Assembly (NCBI GenBank): GCA_050010315.1
Contig: JBEKLG010000001.1
Span: 1 to 38,606, forward strand
Length of the DNA stretch: 38,606 nt
From: Acidimicrobiales bacterium
GTDB lineage: Bacteria; Actinomycetota; Acidimicrobiia; Acidimicrobiales; Bog-793
Direction of reading: 5' to 3'
Shown one piece after another: positions 18,211-27,266 of the stretch; position 1 is the first letter of the stretch; the number at the start of each line of letters is the position of its first letter. The notes under the pieces are model-generated. The model did not search any database, was not told the DNA's origin, and was given only the letters and a program-made list of their open reading frames with translations. The translations under genes were made by a program, and so were the position numbers.

Positions 18211-20061
18211 ATGCCAGCAGATGACCTGCAATCCGTCGCTGATCTCGCGCGACAGCTCCGAGTCGACTCGATCCGCTGCACGACATCGGTCGGTTCCGGC
18301 CACCCGACCTCGAGCCTGTCGGCAGCCGACCTGCTCGCCGTGCTCGTCACCCGCCATCTCCGCTACGACTGGACCGCGCCGAAGCGACCGGAGAACGACC
18401 ACCTGATCTTCTCGAAGGGCCACGCCTCGCCTCTTTTGTACGCCGTCTTCCGGGCCGTCGGTGTCATCGACGAGGACGAGCTCATCTCGCAATACCGCCG
18501 CTTCGGGTCGCGGCTGCAGGGCCACCCCACGCCGGTGCTCCCCTGGGTCGACCTCGCCACCGGTTCGCTCGGGGTCGGCGTCGCCGCGGCGGTCGGCGTC
18601 GCGCTCGCCGGCAAGTTCCTCGACGAGCTGCCCTACCGGGTTTGGGTGCTCTGCGGCGACAGCGAGCTCAGCGAGGGCTCGGTCTGGGAGGCGTTCGACA
18701 AGGCCGCGTTCTACGAGCTCGACAACTTCACCGCGATCGTCGACGTCAACCGGCTCGGCCAGCGCGGGCCGACCGAGTTCGGTTGGGACCTCGACGCCTA
18801 CGCGACGCGCGTCGCGGCCTTCGGATGCCATCCGATCGAGACCGACGGGCACGACCTCGCGGCGATCGACGCGGCCCTCAACGAGGCGCAGCGAGTGCGC
18901 CGGCCGTCGGTCGTCCTCGCCCGCACGATCAAGGGCAAGGGAGCGCCGGAGGTCGAGGACAAGGAAGGCTGGCACGGCGTGGCGCTCCCCGCCGAGATTG
19001 CCGCAAGGTCGATCGCGGCGCTCGGCGGCCCGAGCTCGATAGTCGTCTCCTCGGCTCTGCCCGAACCCGGAACCCCGGCGATCACGCCGAATCCGCACGC
19101 CCCGGTGACGCTCCCCCGCTACGCCCTTGGCGACAAGGTCGCGACCCGCAGAGCGTACGGGGAGGCGCTCGTCGCCCTGGCGGCGCGCCCCGAAGTGGTG
19201 GTGCTCGACGCCGAGGTCGGAAATTCGACGCACGCCGAGATGTTCCTCGCCGTCGCGCCGGAGCGCTACTTCCAGACGTTCATCGCCGAGCAGCTGATGG
19301 TCGCCGCGGCGTCGGGCCTCGCCGTGCGCGGCTACGTCCCCTACGCCGCGACGTTCGGCGCTTTTGTCTCCCGCGCCTTCGACTTCCTGCGGATGTCGGG
19401 GATCTCCGGGGCGTCGATCCGCCTCGCCGGCTCTCATGCCGGCGTCGAGATCGGTCCCGACGGGCCGTCGCAGATGGCCCTCGAGGACCTCGCCGCGCTT
19501 CGGGCGGTCCACGGCTCGACCGTCCTCTATCCGGCCGACGCGACCTCGGCGGTGGCCCTCACCGTGGCGATGGCCGACCTTCCCGGCATCTCCTACATCA
19601 GGACGACCCGCGGCGCCTATCCCGTCATCTACGGCCCGGAAGAGGAATTCCCCGTCGGCGGCGCCAAGGTCGTGCGCTCAGGACCGGCCGACGTGGTCAC
19701 GCTCGTCGGCGCCGGAGTGACCCTCCACGAGAGCCTCGCCGCGGCGGAGCTCCTCGCCGCCGAGGGAATCGCGGCACGCGTCGTCGACTGCTACTCGGTC
19801 AAGCCGGTCGACATGGCGACGCTCGTCGCCTCGTGCGCCGCGACGGGCGGGCGGATCGTCGTCACCGAGGACCACTACCCCGCCGGAGGGCTCGGCGAGG
19901 CGGTCCTGTCGGCTCTCGTCGCAGGGGGGGCGGTCCCGCGGTTCGCGCACCTCGCAGTGCGCGAGCTCTCGCAGTCGGGGACGGCGGCTGAGCTCCTCGC
20001 CGCCGCCGGCATCTCGGCCAGCTGCATCGCCGCGGCGGCGCGTTCCCTCTTCGGGAGCTGA
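18211..20061 (+). CDS. tkt: Transketolase, short single-chain form (616 aa)
   Basis: It has the TPP-binding N-terminus GSGHPTSSLSAADLL...SKGHASPLLYA and GDSELSEGSVWEA, followed by pyrimidine-binding and C-terminal domains. A GAGGTG RBS is present. Confidence 0.88.
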   Translation: MPADDLQSVADLARQLRVDSIRCTTSVGSGHPTSSLSAADLLAVLVTRHLRYDWTAPKRPENDHLIFSKGHASPLLYAVFRAVGVIDEDELISQYRRFGSRLQGHPTPVLPWVDLATGSLGVGVAAAVGVALAGKFLDELPYRVWVLCGDSELSEGSVWEAFDKAAFYELDNFTAIVDVNRLGQRGPTEFGWDLDAYATRVAAFGCHPIETDGHDLAAIDAALNEAQRVRRPSVVLARTIKGKGAPEVEDKEGWHGVALPAEIAARSIAALGGPSSIVVSSALPEPGTPAITPNPHAPVTLPRYALGDKVATRRAYGEALVALAARPEVVVLDAEVGNSTHAEMFLAVAPERYFQTFIAEQLMVAAASGLAVRGYVPYAATFGAFVSRAFDFLRMSGISGASIRLAGSHAGVEIGPDGPSQMALEDLAALRAVHGSTVLYPADATSAVALTVAMADLPGISYIRTTRGAYPVIYGPEEEFPVGGAKVVRSGPADVVTLVGAGVTLHESLAAAELLAAEGIAARVVDCYSVKPVDMATLVASCAATGGRIVVTEDHYPAGGLGEAVLSALVAGGAVPRFAHLAVRELSQSGTAAELLAAAGISASCIAAAARSLFGS

Positions 20062-20081
20062 TCCCGCGGGGCCCGGCGCGA

Positions 20082-21326
20082 CTATGCGGCGCGCCAGGCG
20101 CGCCCGTCGGTCGTCCGGAATAGACCGACGCCCGGGGCGAGCAGCCACGTCTCGGACGGTGTGAGCACGGCGAAGCTCCCCTCGCCGCCTGCCGCGCCAA
20201 GGTCAAAGCCCTCCCGGCCGGAGACGCCTCCGACCGCCACGCCCGACCAGTGACGCCCACCGTCGTCGGAAGCCGCAAAGCCACCCGCGACCGCGAGAAA
20301 GAAGCGACCCGCGCTTAAGGCCGCGAGGACGTCGCCGCTGTCTCCTAGCGGGATCCCCGAGCGGTTCGGACCCGACAGGTCGGTGTCCGCGGCGCGCAGT
20401 CCCCACGTCGCCCCGCTGTCGGTAGAAACGTAGAACCCGCGCGTCCCCGAACCAGCAGCCGAACCGCCGGCGCAGAGTACGGCCATCGTCCCGTCGGCGG
20501 CTTCGGCGAGCGCCGCCACGCCGACCCAGGTCGGGTGGGTGCACGGGTCGGCGCTGACTCGCCAGCTCGCGCCGCCGTTTCTCGTTACGGCGATCTCCGG
20601 CGGGATGTCGCCGTAGTTCGCGGTCGCGACGACGGCCTCGTTCGGCTCCGGCCCGAGCGCGGTCAGCGCGAACAGTGTCGTCACATAGACCGGCACGCCC
20701 GCACTGGGAATGACGACTCCCCGTGTCCAGGTTCCCGACGGGAGGTCGAGCCGCCAGAGCCGCCACGGGTCCGAGGTCACAGCGAAAACCACGTTGCCGA
20801 CGCGCGCCACGGTGACGACGAGCGCCCGACCGAGATGCGAAGCCGTCCAGCGACGCCCGCCGTCGACGGTCTCGTCGAGGTGGCCATTGGCGCTGATCCA
20901 ACCGCGCTGAGGAGATGCGAAGGCGACCACGACCTTCCCGGGCTGCGCCGGAACGACGCCCGGAGGCGCCGTCTTGCCGATCACCTTCCAGGTGTGCCCC
21001 CCGTCCGCGCTCGTGACGACCCGCACCGGAAAGGCCTGTGTGGCCTCCGATTTCCCCTCTTTCGTCCGGCAAGCAAGCTGAGAGACCGTGACGCCGAAGC
21101 CGTCGTCGGGAGCGACAAATGTCACCGCCACGAGGTCGGCCGGCGGGACGACGACCCCCGGGGACAGGGAGATCGGCTTGCCGCACGGCAGGTTCGGTGT
21201 GGGCACGCCGGCCCGGCCGGCGAAGTCAGCGGCACCGGCCGTCGGTCGCGCCGTCGCCGCCCCGGTCCCCGCGGCGAAAAGGCAGGCAGCGAAGACAACA
21301 GGTAGGACCCTCACCGCGGTGAACAT
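20082..21326 (-). CDS. Secreted BNR/Asp-box repeat beta-propeller protein (Ycf48/sialidase-like fold)
   Basis: There is an N-terminal signal peptide (MFTAVRVLPVVFAACLFAAGTGAATA). Asp-box-like motifs recur: SADGGHTWK, TVDGGRRWT, TRNGGASWR, STDSGATWG, SDDGGRHWS and TTDGRAWR. Confidence 0.75.
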   Translation of the reverse strand: MFTAVRVLPVVFAACLFAAGTGAATARPTAGAADFAGRAGVPTPNLPCGKPISLSPGVVVPPADLVAVTFVAPDDGFGVTVSQLACRTKEGKSEATQAFPVRVVTSADGGHTWKVIGKTAPPGVVPAQPGKVVVAFASPQRGWISANGHLDETVDGGRRWTASHLGRALVVTVARVGNVVFAVTSDPWRLWRLDLPSGTWTRGVVIPSAGVPVYVTTLFALTALGPEPNEAVVATANYGDIPPEIAVTRNGGASWRVSADPCTHPTWVGVAALAEAADGTMAVLCAGGSAAGSGTRGFYVSTDSGATWGLRAADTDLSGPNRSGIPLGDSGDVLAALSAGRFFLAVAGGFAASDDGGRHWSGVAVGGVSGREGFDLGAAGGEGSFAVLTPSETWLLAPGVGLFRTTDGRAWRAA

Positions 21327-21439
21327 AACGCGCCGCGCGGAAGAACGCGGTCGGACACTCCGCCATCCCGACAGCGAGGCCTCGGCCTAACCCGGCTCTG
21401 CTAGAAGACGCCTGACGAGGACCGCGAGAAGATGGGGAC

Positions 21440-21976
21440 ATGCGGTACATCGCCCTGCTCGGCGGCATCAACGTCGGGGGCCACACGGTGCGCATGGAAG
21501 ATCTGCGCCGTCTTTTCCGCGATCTCGGGCTCTCGGGGGTGCGCTCGTACATTCAAAGTGGCAACGTGTTCTTCCAAAGCCCATCGCGCGACCGATCTGG
21601 CCTGGCGAAGCGCATCGAGCAACACCTCAACGACAGCCTGGGCTACGAAGCGCCGACGTTCTTGCGCACCGTCCCCGAATTGGCGCGCATCGTCGCCCGC
21701 GACCCGTTCAGAAACATCGAGCCGACACCCGACGTGCGGCTCTGCGTGGTCTTCGCCGCCGAGCCTCTGGCGCGCCTCGACCTGCCGATTCGCTCCGAGA
21801 AACGCGACATGGAGATCATCGACGCGACGTCGTATGAAGCCTTCATGACCTGGCGCATTGTCGGCGGCAGGGCGCCGGCCTTCCCGAAATTCCTCGCCAG
21901 GACATTGCAGACCCGGCTGACGACGAGGTTCTTCTCCACCACCGCCAAGATCCTGGAAGCAGCGATCGGACCATGA
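21440..21976 (+). CDS. DUF1697 domain protein
   Basis: The N-terminus MRYIALLGGINVGGHTVRMEDLRRLF...YIQSGNVFF is the hallmark DUF1697 opening. The protein is 178 aa. Confidence 0.85.
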   Translation: MRYIALLGGINVGGHTVRMEDLRRLFRDLGLSGVRSYIQSGNVFFQSPSRDRSGLAKRIEQHLNDSLGYEAPTFLRTVPELARIVARDPFRNIEPTPDVRLCVVFAAEPLARLDLPIRSEKRDMEIIDATSYEAFMTWRIVGGRAPAFPKFLARTLQTRLTTRFFSTTAKILEAAIGP

Positions 21977-22254
21977 AGCCGGCGCGGTTGTCTGACCGTG
22001 CCCTATCTGCCCGGAACCCAGCATGTTCGCGCGCCACCGCGGAAGCGCTCGCTCCGGCGACTCGCCGCTCCCCACGGCAAGAGCTCCAGGCGCGGTGACG
22101 ACTCTTCCGAATCGTTCGGGCCCTGTAGTGGTCGGGCCCAACCGGGGCCCAGCGATCCGGGGCTGGCGCGTCGACTTGAGCGTCCGGCGTTCCCCGGGCA
22201 CGATGTCCGCGGTAGCCGAGCCTTCTGGTAGAGGGCGGTCGGGAGGAGGAGCAC

Positions 22255-22743
22255 ATGCGGGTTCTTGTCACCTGTGGCTCGAAGCGCGGCGGCACCGAAG
22301 AGCTGGCCCAGATGTTGGCCGACGACCTGCGGGAGGAAGGTCTCACCGTCGACCTATTCCGACCCGACCAGATCACGCACCTCAGCCATTTCGACGCCGT
22401 CATCGTCGGCGGCGCCATCTACGCCGGGCGATGGCACAAGTCGTCACGCCACTTCGTGAGACACCACACGAAGGCGTTGCGCCAGCGGCCCACCTACTTC
22501 TTCTCAAGCGGCCCCCTCGACGACTCCGCCACGCAACGAGAGATCCCACCCGTGCGGGGGGTCAGGACACTGATGAAGCGGGTCGGTGCCCGCGGTCACG
22601 TCACCTTCGGCGGTCGGCTGAAGCCGGACGCCACCGGCTTCCCGGCGCGGGCGATGGCGAAGGAGCACTCCGGCGACTGGCGCGACCCTGACCAGGTACG
22701 CTCCTGGGCAAAGACCGTCGCGACTCAACTGCGCGGTACCTGA
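22255..22743 (+). CDS. Flavodoxin-like protein (Flavodoxin_5 / HemG-like)
   Basis: MRVLVTCGSKRGGTEELAQMLA...FDAVIVGGAIYAGRWHKSSRHFVRHH...YFFSSGPL matches the HemG-type flavodoxin pattern. A GGGAGGAGGAG RBS is present. Confidence 0.8.
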   Translation: MRVLVTCGSKRGGTEELAQMLADDLREEGLTVDLFRPDQITHLSHFDAVIVGGAIYAGRWHKSSRHFVRHHTKALRQRPTYFFSSGPLDDSATQREIPPVRGVRTLMKRVGARGHVTFGGRLKPDATGFPARAMAKEHSGDWRDPDQVRSWAKTVATQLRGT

Positions 22744-22746
22744 ATC

Positions 22747-23340
22747 ATGGCCGACTACGCGGTGACGTTCGACCTGGTGCGACCCGAGAAGCTGGGCCGC
22801 GCTCACGTTTTCCTCCGCATCCTGCTGCTCGTGCTCGTCTCGTGGATAACGGGGTCCGGCACCGCATTTGGACTCGTCTACCTCGGTTTGCCGGTCGTCG
22901 CGGCGATCCTCATCGCGCAAAGGGGTGGAGAGCGCTACCTCGCGGAGACTGGCGCGGGAATGACGAGGATCCTCGCCTTCCTCGCCGGTCTTCTCGCCTA
23001 CCTCGCGCTGCTCACCGACGAAGTTCCTGGTTTCGACCGCAGCACCGTCCACTTCGCCGTCGTCGTCTCCGGGTCGCCCACGGTCGGCACGGCGCTCTGG
23101 CGGATCGTAAAGGCGATCCCGAGCGCGGTCGTCCTCTGCCTGATCGGCGTCGTCGGCTGGATCGTGTGGATCGTCGCCGCGGTCCTCGTCCTTGTCCACG
23201 AGCGCTATCCGGTGGGACTCTGGAACTTCCAGCGCGGTGTCGTCCGCTGGGAGGCACGCCTCCTCGGCTACCTCGCCTCGCTCACCGCTTCCTATCCGCC
23301 GTTCTCCTTCGACAGCGGACCGGCGGTCACGACGAGCTGA
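22747..23340 (+). CDS. DUF4389-like membrane protein
   Basis: The C-terminal half RIVKAIPSAVVL...HERYPVGLWNFQRGVVRWEARLLGYLASLTASYPPFSFD fits the DUF4389 pattern (YP..lf.f..g..RW..R...Y...lt..YPPF). The gene starts 3 nt after the flavodoxin stop. Confidence 0.65.
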   Translation: MADYAVTFDLVRPEKLGRAHVFLRILLLVLVSWITGSGTAFGLVYLGLPVVAAILIAQRGGERYLAETGAGMTRILAFLAGLLAYLALLTDEVPGFDRSTVHFAVVVSGSPTVGTALWRIVKAIPSAVVLCLIGVVGWIVWIVAAVLVLVHERYPVGLWNFQRGVVRWEARLLGYLASLTASYPPFSFDSGPAVTTS

Positions 23341-23500
23341 GGCCGCGGCACGTCCGAGCCCGTCAGCGCCTACCGCCGAGTGCCGCCGGTATCGGGCGGC
23401 CGGGGAGCCGGCATCGGCTTGAGAAAGCCGGCTAGCACCTCGGTACTGTGCCGACAGGATCGTCTCGGTGCGACGGCCCCGAAAGGAGAAGGGGACACCG

Positions 23501-24277
23501 ATGTTCTGTCCTACCTGCGGCTCGTTGACCGAGACCGATGATCGCTTCTGCCAACACTGCGGCAGGCCGCTGACAGTGGCGCCGGGTCCGCCCGCGGCCC
23601 CGGCGGAACCGGCGGTGGAGGATCCCTTCCACTTCCCGCCGTACGTCGAACCCGCCCCCGGACCGTATCCGGGAGGCGACGCCGCGCTGCCGCCTCGCAC
23701 AGCCCCCGACGGCTGGGGTCCGGCGAATCCGCCTGGACCGGCCTACCCCGGCCAAACTCCGAGTTGGACGGGCCACGCGCCGGGGGTGCCGCTCGCCCCG
23801 TTCGGAGCGCCGCTCGCCGGGTGGTGGCAGCGTGTCGGCTCGATGCTGCTCGACGTCTTGATCGTCGGCGTCCCGATGGGCGTCCTCAGCGCCATTCTGA
23901 ACACGGCCTTCGGCACGCTGCACAGGGTCACCCTGGCGAACGGGACGATCACTTCGGTCCGCACCCTCGAAGGTGGCGGCCGTATTGCGCTGGTGATCGC
24001 CGAGGTGTGCGTTCCCCTCCTCTACTTCGCCATCCTGAACGGGACGGGCCGAGGCCAGACGGCGGGAAACCATGCACCGCACATCGCCGTGCGCGACCTC
24101 GACACCGGTGAGGTGATCGGGTTCTGGCGGGGAGTTGTGCGCTGGCTCATCCGCTTACTCCTCTACGTGGCGTTCATCATCCCGGGCTTGCTGAACGACC
24201 TCTTCCCGCTGTGGGACAGCCGTCACCAATCGATCGCCGACAAAGCGGCGCGCTCGGTCGTCATCCGTCTCGACTGA
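23501..24277 (+). CDS. Zinc-ribbon / Pro-rich linker / RDD-family membrane protein
   Basis: MFCPTCGSLTETDDRFCQHCG is a CxxC...CxxC zinc ribbon. It is followed by a roughly 90-aa Pro/Gly/Ala-rich linker and then the RDD domain (WWQRVGSMLLDVLIV ... WDSRHQSIADKAARSVVI). I chose the ATG at 23501 because of the AGGAGAAGGGG RBS. The track ORF starts 11 codons earlier. Confidence 0.8.
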   Translation: MFCPTCGSLTETDDRFCQHCGRPLTVAPGPPAAPAEPAVEDPFHFPPYVEPAPGPYPGGDAALPPRTAPDGWGPANPPGPAYPGQTPSWTGHAPGVPLAPFGAPLAGWWQRVGSMLLDVLIVGVPMGVLSAILNTAFGTLHRVTLANGTITSVRTLEGGGRIALVIAEVCVPLLYFAILNGTGRGQTAGNHAPHIAVRDLDTGEVIGFWRGVVRWLIRLLLYVAFIIPGLLNDLFPLWDSRHQSIADKAARSVVIRLD

Positions 24278-24279
24278 CC

Positions 24280-25266
24280 GTGGCCCGCCCGCGCTGTCGA
24301 CGCTGCGGCGGACGACTCCGTGACGGCAGCATCTACTGCCCGAGGTGCGGGACCCGACAGGGCTCGGCCCCGTCCTGGACGCGGGGGGCGGGACACCTCC
24401 TCGCCGGTAGCGCCCCGGGTTGGTTCCCGGACCCGTTCGGGCGACACGCCTACCGCTACTGGGACGGCGAGATCTGGACCGAGCACGTCTACTCCGGCTC
24501 CTACGGCAAAGACGTTGTCTCCGTCGACAACCTCACGGTGGACCGGCCGCCCGACGGCGCCTGGCGGGGTTCATTCGGCTCGCTCACGCTTTCGCTCGCG
24601 GGCCTTGGCGTCGCCTTCGGGCTGTCGTTCCTCTTCCTCCTCCCGTTTCTCCTGACCGGCCACCCCGGTGGGCCTCTCGCCGGGCTGGTCATCTCCGAGG
24701 CGGGGTTGTGGACGGGCCTGTTCGGCACGTGCCTCCTCACCAGCCGTCGCTACGGCACCGGGAAGGTGCGGTCCGACTTCCGGCTGCGGTTCCGCTGGGT
24801 CGACCTCGTGATCGCGCTCGGCGGGGCGATCGTGGCACGTTGTGTCGCCGCGATCGTGCTCGTCCCATTCCTCCACGAACTGAAAGCCGTTGGCAACCCG
24901 GACAAAGCGCTCTACAAGATCACCAACGTCGGAGCGCTCGGCTGGGCCGTGCTCGTCCTCTTCACCTGTATCGGCGCGCCGTTATTCGAGGAGCTGTTCT
25001 TCCGCGGACTGCTTCAGGGTCAGCTCATCGAGCGGTTCGGCGCCGGCGTCGGCGTGGCGGTCACGGCGGTGGTCTTCGGCGCTGTGCACGTCGCCAACGA
25101 TCCCGGGGTCGCCGGGCTCCTCCTCGCGCTGAGCGTGGGGGCATGCGGGATCGTGCTCGGTGTCGTGCGCCACCTCACCGGTCGGCTCGGCTCCTCGATG
25201 GCGACCCATTCGCTTTTCAACGCGATCGCGGTTGTCAGCTTCGCCGTCTCCTCGGCCCTGTGGTGA
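24280..25266 (+). CDS. Zinc-ribbon / DUF2510 / CPBP (CAAX, Abi-type) intramembrane protease family protein
   Basis: CRRCGGRLRDGSIYCPRCG is a zinc ribbon and GWFPDPFGRHAYRYWDGEIWTEHV is a DUF2510-type motif. The CPBP motifs are EELFFRG, FGAVH and HSLFN. The GTG at 24280 lies 2 nt after the RDD stop. Confidence 0.8.
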   Translation: MARPRCRRCGGRLRDGSIYCPRCGTRQGSAPSWTRGAGHLLAGSAPGWFPDPFGRHAYRYWDGEIWTEHVYSGSYGKDVVSVDNLTVDRPPDGAWRGSFGSLTLSLAGLGVAFGLSFLFLLPFLLTGHPGGPLAGLVISEAGLWTGLFGTCLLTSRRYGTGKVRSDFRLRFRWVDLVIALGGAIVARCVAAIVLVPFLHELKAVGNPDKALYKITNVGALGWAVLVLFTCIGAPLFEELFFRGLLQGQLIERFGAGVGVAVTAVVFGAVHVANDPGVAGLLLALSVGACGIVLGVVRHLTGRLGSSMATHSLFNAIAVVSFAVSSALW

Positions 25267-25330
25267 TAAGTCGCCACGAGCCTGTCCCACACCATTGGGA
25301 AAGGAACGTTCCCCATCCCCCGCCCAGGGC

Positions 25331-25368
25331 GACGACCGAGATAGATCGTGCCCCGGGGGCCGGTCGTC
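25331..25368. terminator. Hairpin between the convergent CPBP and ADH genes (candidate bidirectional terminator)
   Basis: gacgaccg (25331-25338) pairs with cggtcgtc (25361-25368). The loop contains the ccccgggg palindrome. The hairpin is followed by tt on the plus strand and lies immediately 3' of the ADH stop on the minus strand. Confidence 0.3.
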
Positions 25369-25369
25369 T

Positions 25370-26377
25370 TCAGCCCCCGTTGACGACGAGGACCGCCGCC
25401 CCCTCGACCCGGTCCCGGGCGAGGTCCCGCAACGCCTCGTCCGCCCGGACGAAGGCGTACGGCGTCGTCACCACGCGCAACGGCGAGGCCGCCGCAATCC
25501 GCAGGAACTCCTCGCCATCGGTCCGCGTGTTCGCCGTCACGCTGCGCAGATTCTTCTCGTAGAAAAGCTCACGCTCGTAGTCGATCGGCGGAATCTCGCT
25601 GAGGTAGATCCCCGCCACGGCGAGCGTCCCGCCCCGCTCGAGAGCAGCGAGGGCGACGGGCACGAGCTCTCCGACCGGTGCGAAGAGGATGGCGGCGTCG
25701 AGGGGTTCGGGGGGAGCGTCGCTCGCTCCCTGGGCCGAGGCGGCACCGAGCTCGAGGGCCAGCCGGCGGGCGGCGGCAGAGCGCGTCATCACGTGGACGG
25801 TCGCGCCTTCGATCAGGGCGACCTGGGCCGCGAGGTGCGCCGAAGCGCCGAAGCCGTAGATGCCAAGGCGGCCACCCGGCGGCAGGGCGGCGCGCCGCAG
25901 CGCCCGGAAGCCGATGATCCCGGCACAGAGCAGGGGCGCTGCCTCCAAGTCGGCGATCCCCGAGGGAATGGCGTAGGCGTAGCGCTCGTCGACAAGGGTG
26001 AACTCCGCGTAACCACCGTCGGCGTCCCAGCCCGTGAAGAGCGGCAGCCGGCAGAGGTTCTCCTCACCCTGTCGGCAGAACTCGCACGTCCCGTCGGTGC
26101 CGCGCAGCCAGGCGATCCCGACGCGGTCACCGACGGCAAAGCGCGAGGCCCCGGACCCCAGTTGCGTGACGGTACCGACCACCTCGTGGCCGGGCACGAC
26201 CCCGTGCCTGCGTGGCGGGAGCTCCCCCGCTGCGAGGTGGAGGTCGGTTCGGCAGACGCCGCAGGTGGCGACGGCGACGAGGACCTCGCCGGGCCCGGGT
26301 TCGGGAACCGGGCGTTCGACGAGACGGAGCGGTCGGCTCTCGATGGATCCGGGTTGGTCGACGATCCAGGCGCGCAC
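25370..26377 (-). CDS. Zinc-dependent alcohol dehydrogenase (MDR superfamily)
   Basis: Catalytic zinc ligands are GVCRTDLH and GHEVVG, and the structural zinc loop is [25 protein letters not shown] is the Rossmann segment. The start is taken at the GTG at 26377 ([10 protein letters not shown]...). The upstream part of the track ORF is non-homologous. Confidence 0.88.
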   Translation of the reverse strand: MRAWIVDQPGSIESRPLRLVERPVPEPGPGEVLVAVATCGVCRTDLHLAAGELPPRRHGVVPGHEVVGTVTQLGSGASRFAVGDRVGIAWLRGTDGTCEFCRQGEENLCRLPLFTGWDADGGYAEFTLVDERYAYAIPSGIADLEAAPLLCAGIIGFRALRRAALPPGGRLGIYGFGASAHLAAQVALIEGATVHVMTRSAAARRLALELGAASAQGASDAPPEPLDAAILFAPVGELVPVALAALERGGTLAVAGIYLSEIPPIDYERELFYEKNLRSVTANTRTDGEEFLRIAAASPLRVVTTPYAFVRADEALRDLARDRVEGAAVLVVNGG

Positions 26378-26525
26378 GCGACCAGTCTCGCGTGCGGGCG
26401 CGGCCAGGATCAGAGCGATTGCCGGGCGGCAGGCGAGACCGGGTGCAACACTCAACCACCATGACGACCGCGGCGAGGGCCGTCGCGGACGGGAGGTTGG
26501 ATGTGAGATCTGAAGGAGCGAGCTG

Positions 26526-27266
26526 ATGGCGGAGACGTCGTCGGGCGGTACCGCCCGCCGGACGACGACGCGCCCCAAGTCGGGGCGGGTCCGCCACGCC
26601 CACCACGCTTTGATGTCCGCCTGCTATGGGGCGCTCGCCGTCGCCGCGGTCGTCCTCGGGTCGATCTACGGCAAGGTCCACACCGCTCGCGTCGAGCCGA
26701 GGGTCGTGCTCTGGACGGCGGTGGTGGCCTTCGTCGTCGCCGGGATCGCGACGACCCGGCGCCTTACCCGCTGGCTAGGACACGCCGTCGGCGAGGGCGC
26801 GCTCCCTCCGTCGGGGTCGGCGCTCCGCTTCGTCATCTCGATCCTCGGCTACCTGGTTGTTCTCTTCGTGGCGCTCGGTCTCGCCGCGGTGCCGGTCGAC
26901 CACCTGTTGGTCGGCGGAGTGCTGACCGGCGTCGTGTTGGGCATCGCCGCCCAGCAAGTCCTCGGCAACGTCTTCGCCGGGGCGGTGCTCTTGCTCGCCC
27001 GCCCCTTCGGCGTCGGGGATCACATCCGGGTGCGCTCGGGAGCGCTCGGCGGCCAATTCGACGGCGTCGTGACCGGGATGAGCCTCACCTACGTCACTCT
27101 CCGCACCGATGAGGGCCCGCTCAACGTGCCGAACTCCGGCATGCTCGCCGCAGCCGTCGGCCCGTGGAAGCGGGCGATCGTGAACCCGAGGCCGGACTCA
27201 GCACCCAGTGACCACGGGAACCGGACCCCGGCCCCCGCCGATGCTGACAGGACAGCCCCTCGTTAG
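26526..27266 (+). CDS. Small-conductance mechanosensitive channel (MscS family), short form
   Basis: The pore helix and start of the beta-domain read [31 protein letters not shown]. There are three upstream TM segments. A GAAGGAG RBS sits 8 nt before the ATG. Confidence 0.75.
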   Translation: MAETSSGGTARRTTTRPKSGRVRHAHHALMSACYGALAVAAVVLGSIYGKVHTARVEPRVVLWTAVVAFVVAGIATTRRLTRWLGHAVGEGALPPSGSALRFVISILGYLVVLFVALGLAAVPVDHLLVGGVLTGVVLGIAAQQVLGNVFAGAVLLLARPFGVGDHIRVRSGALGGQFDGVVTGMSLTYVTLRTDEGPLNVPNSGMLAAAVGPWKRAIVNPRPDSAPSDHGNRTPAPADADRTAPR

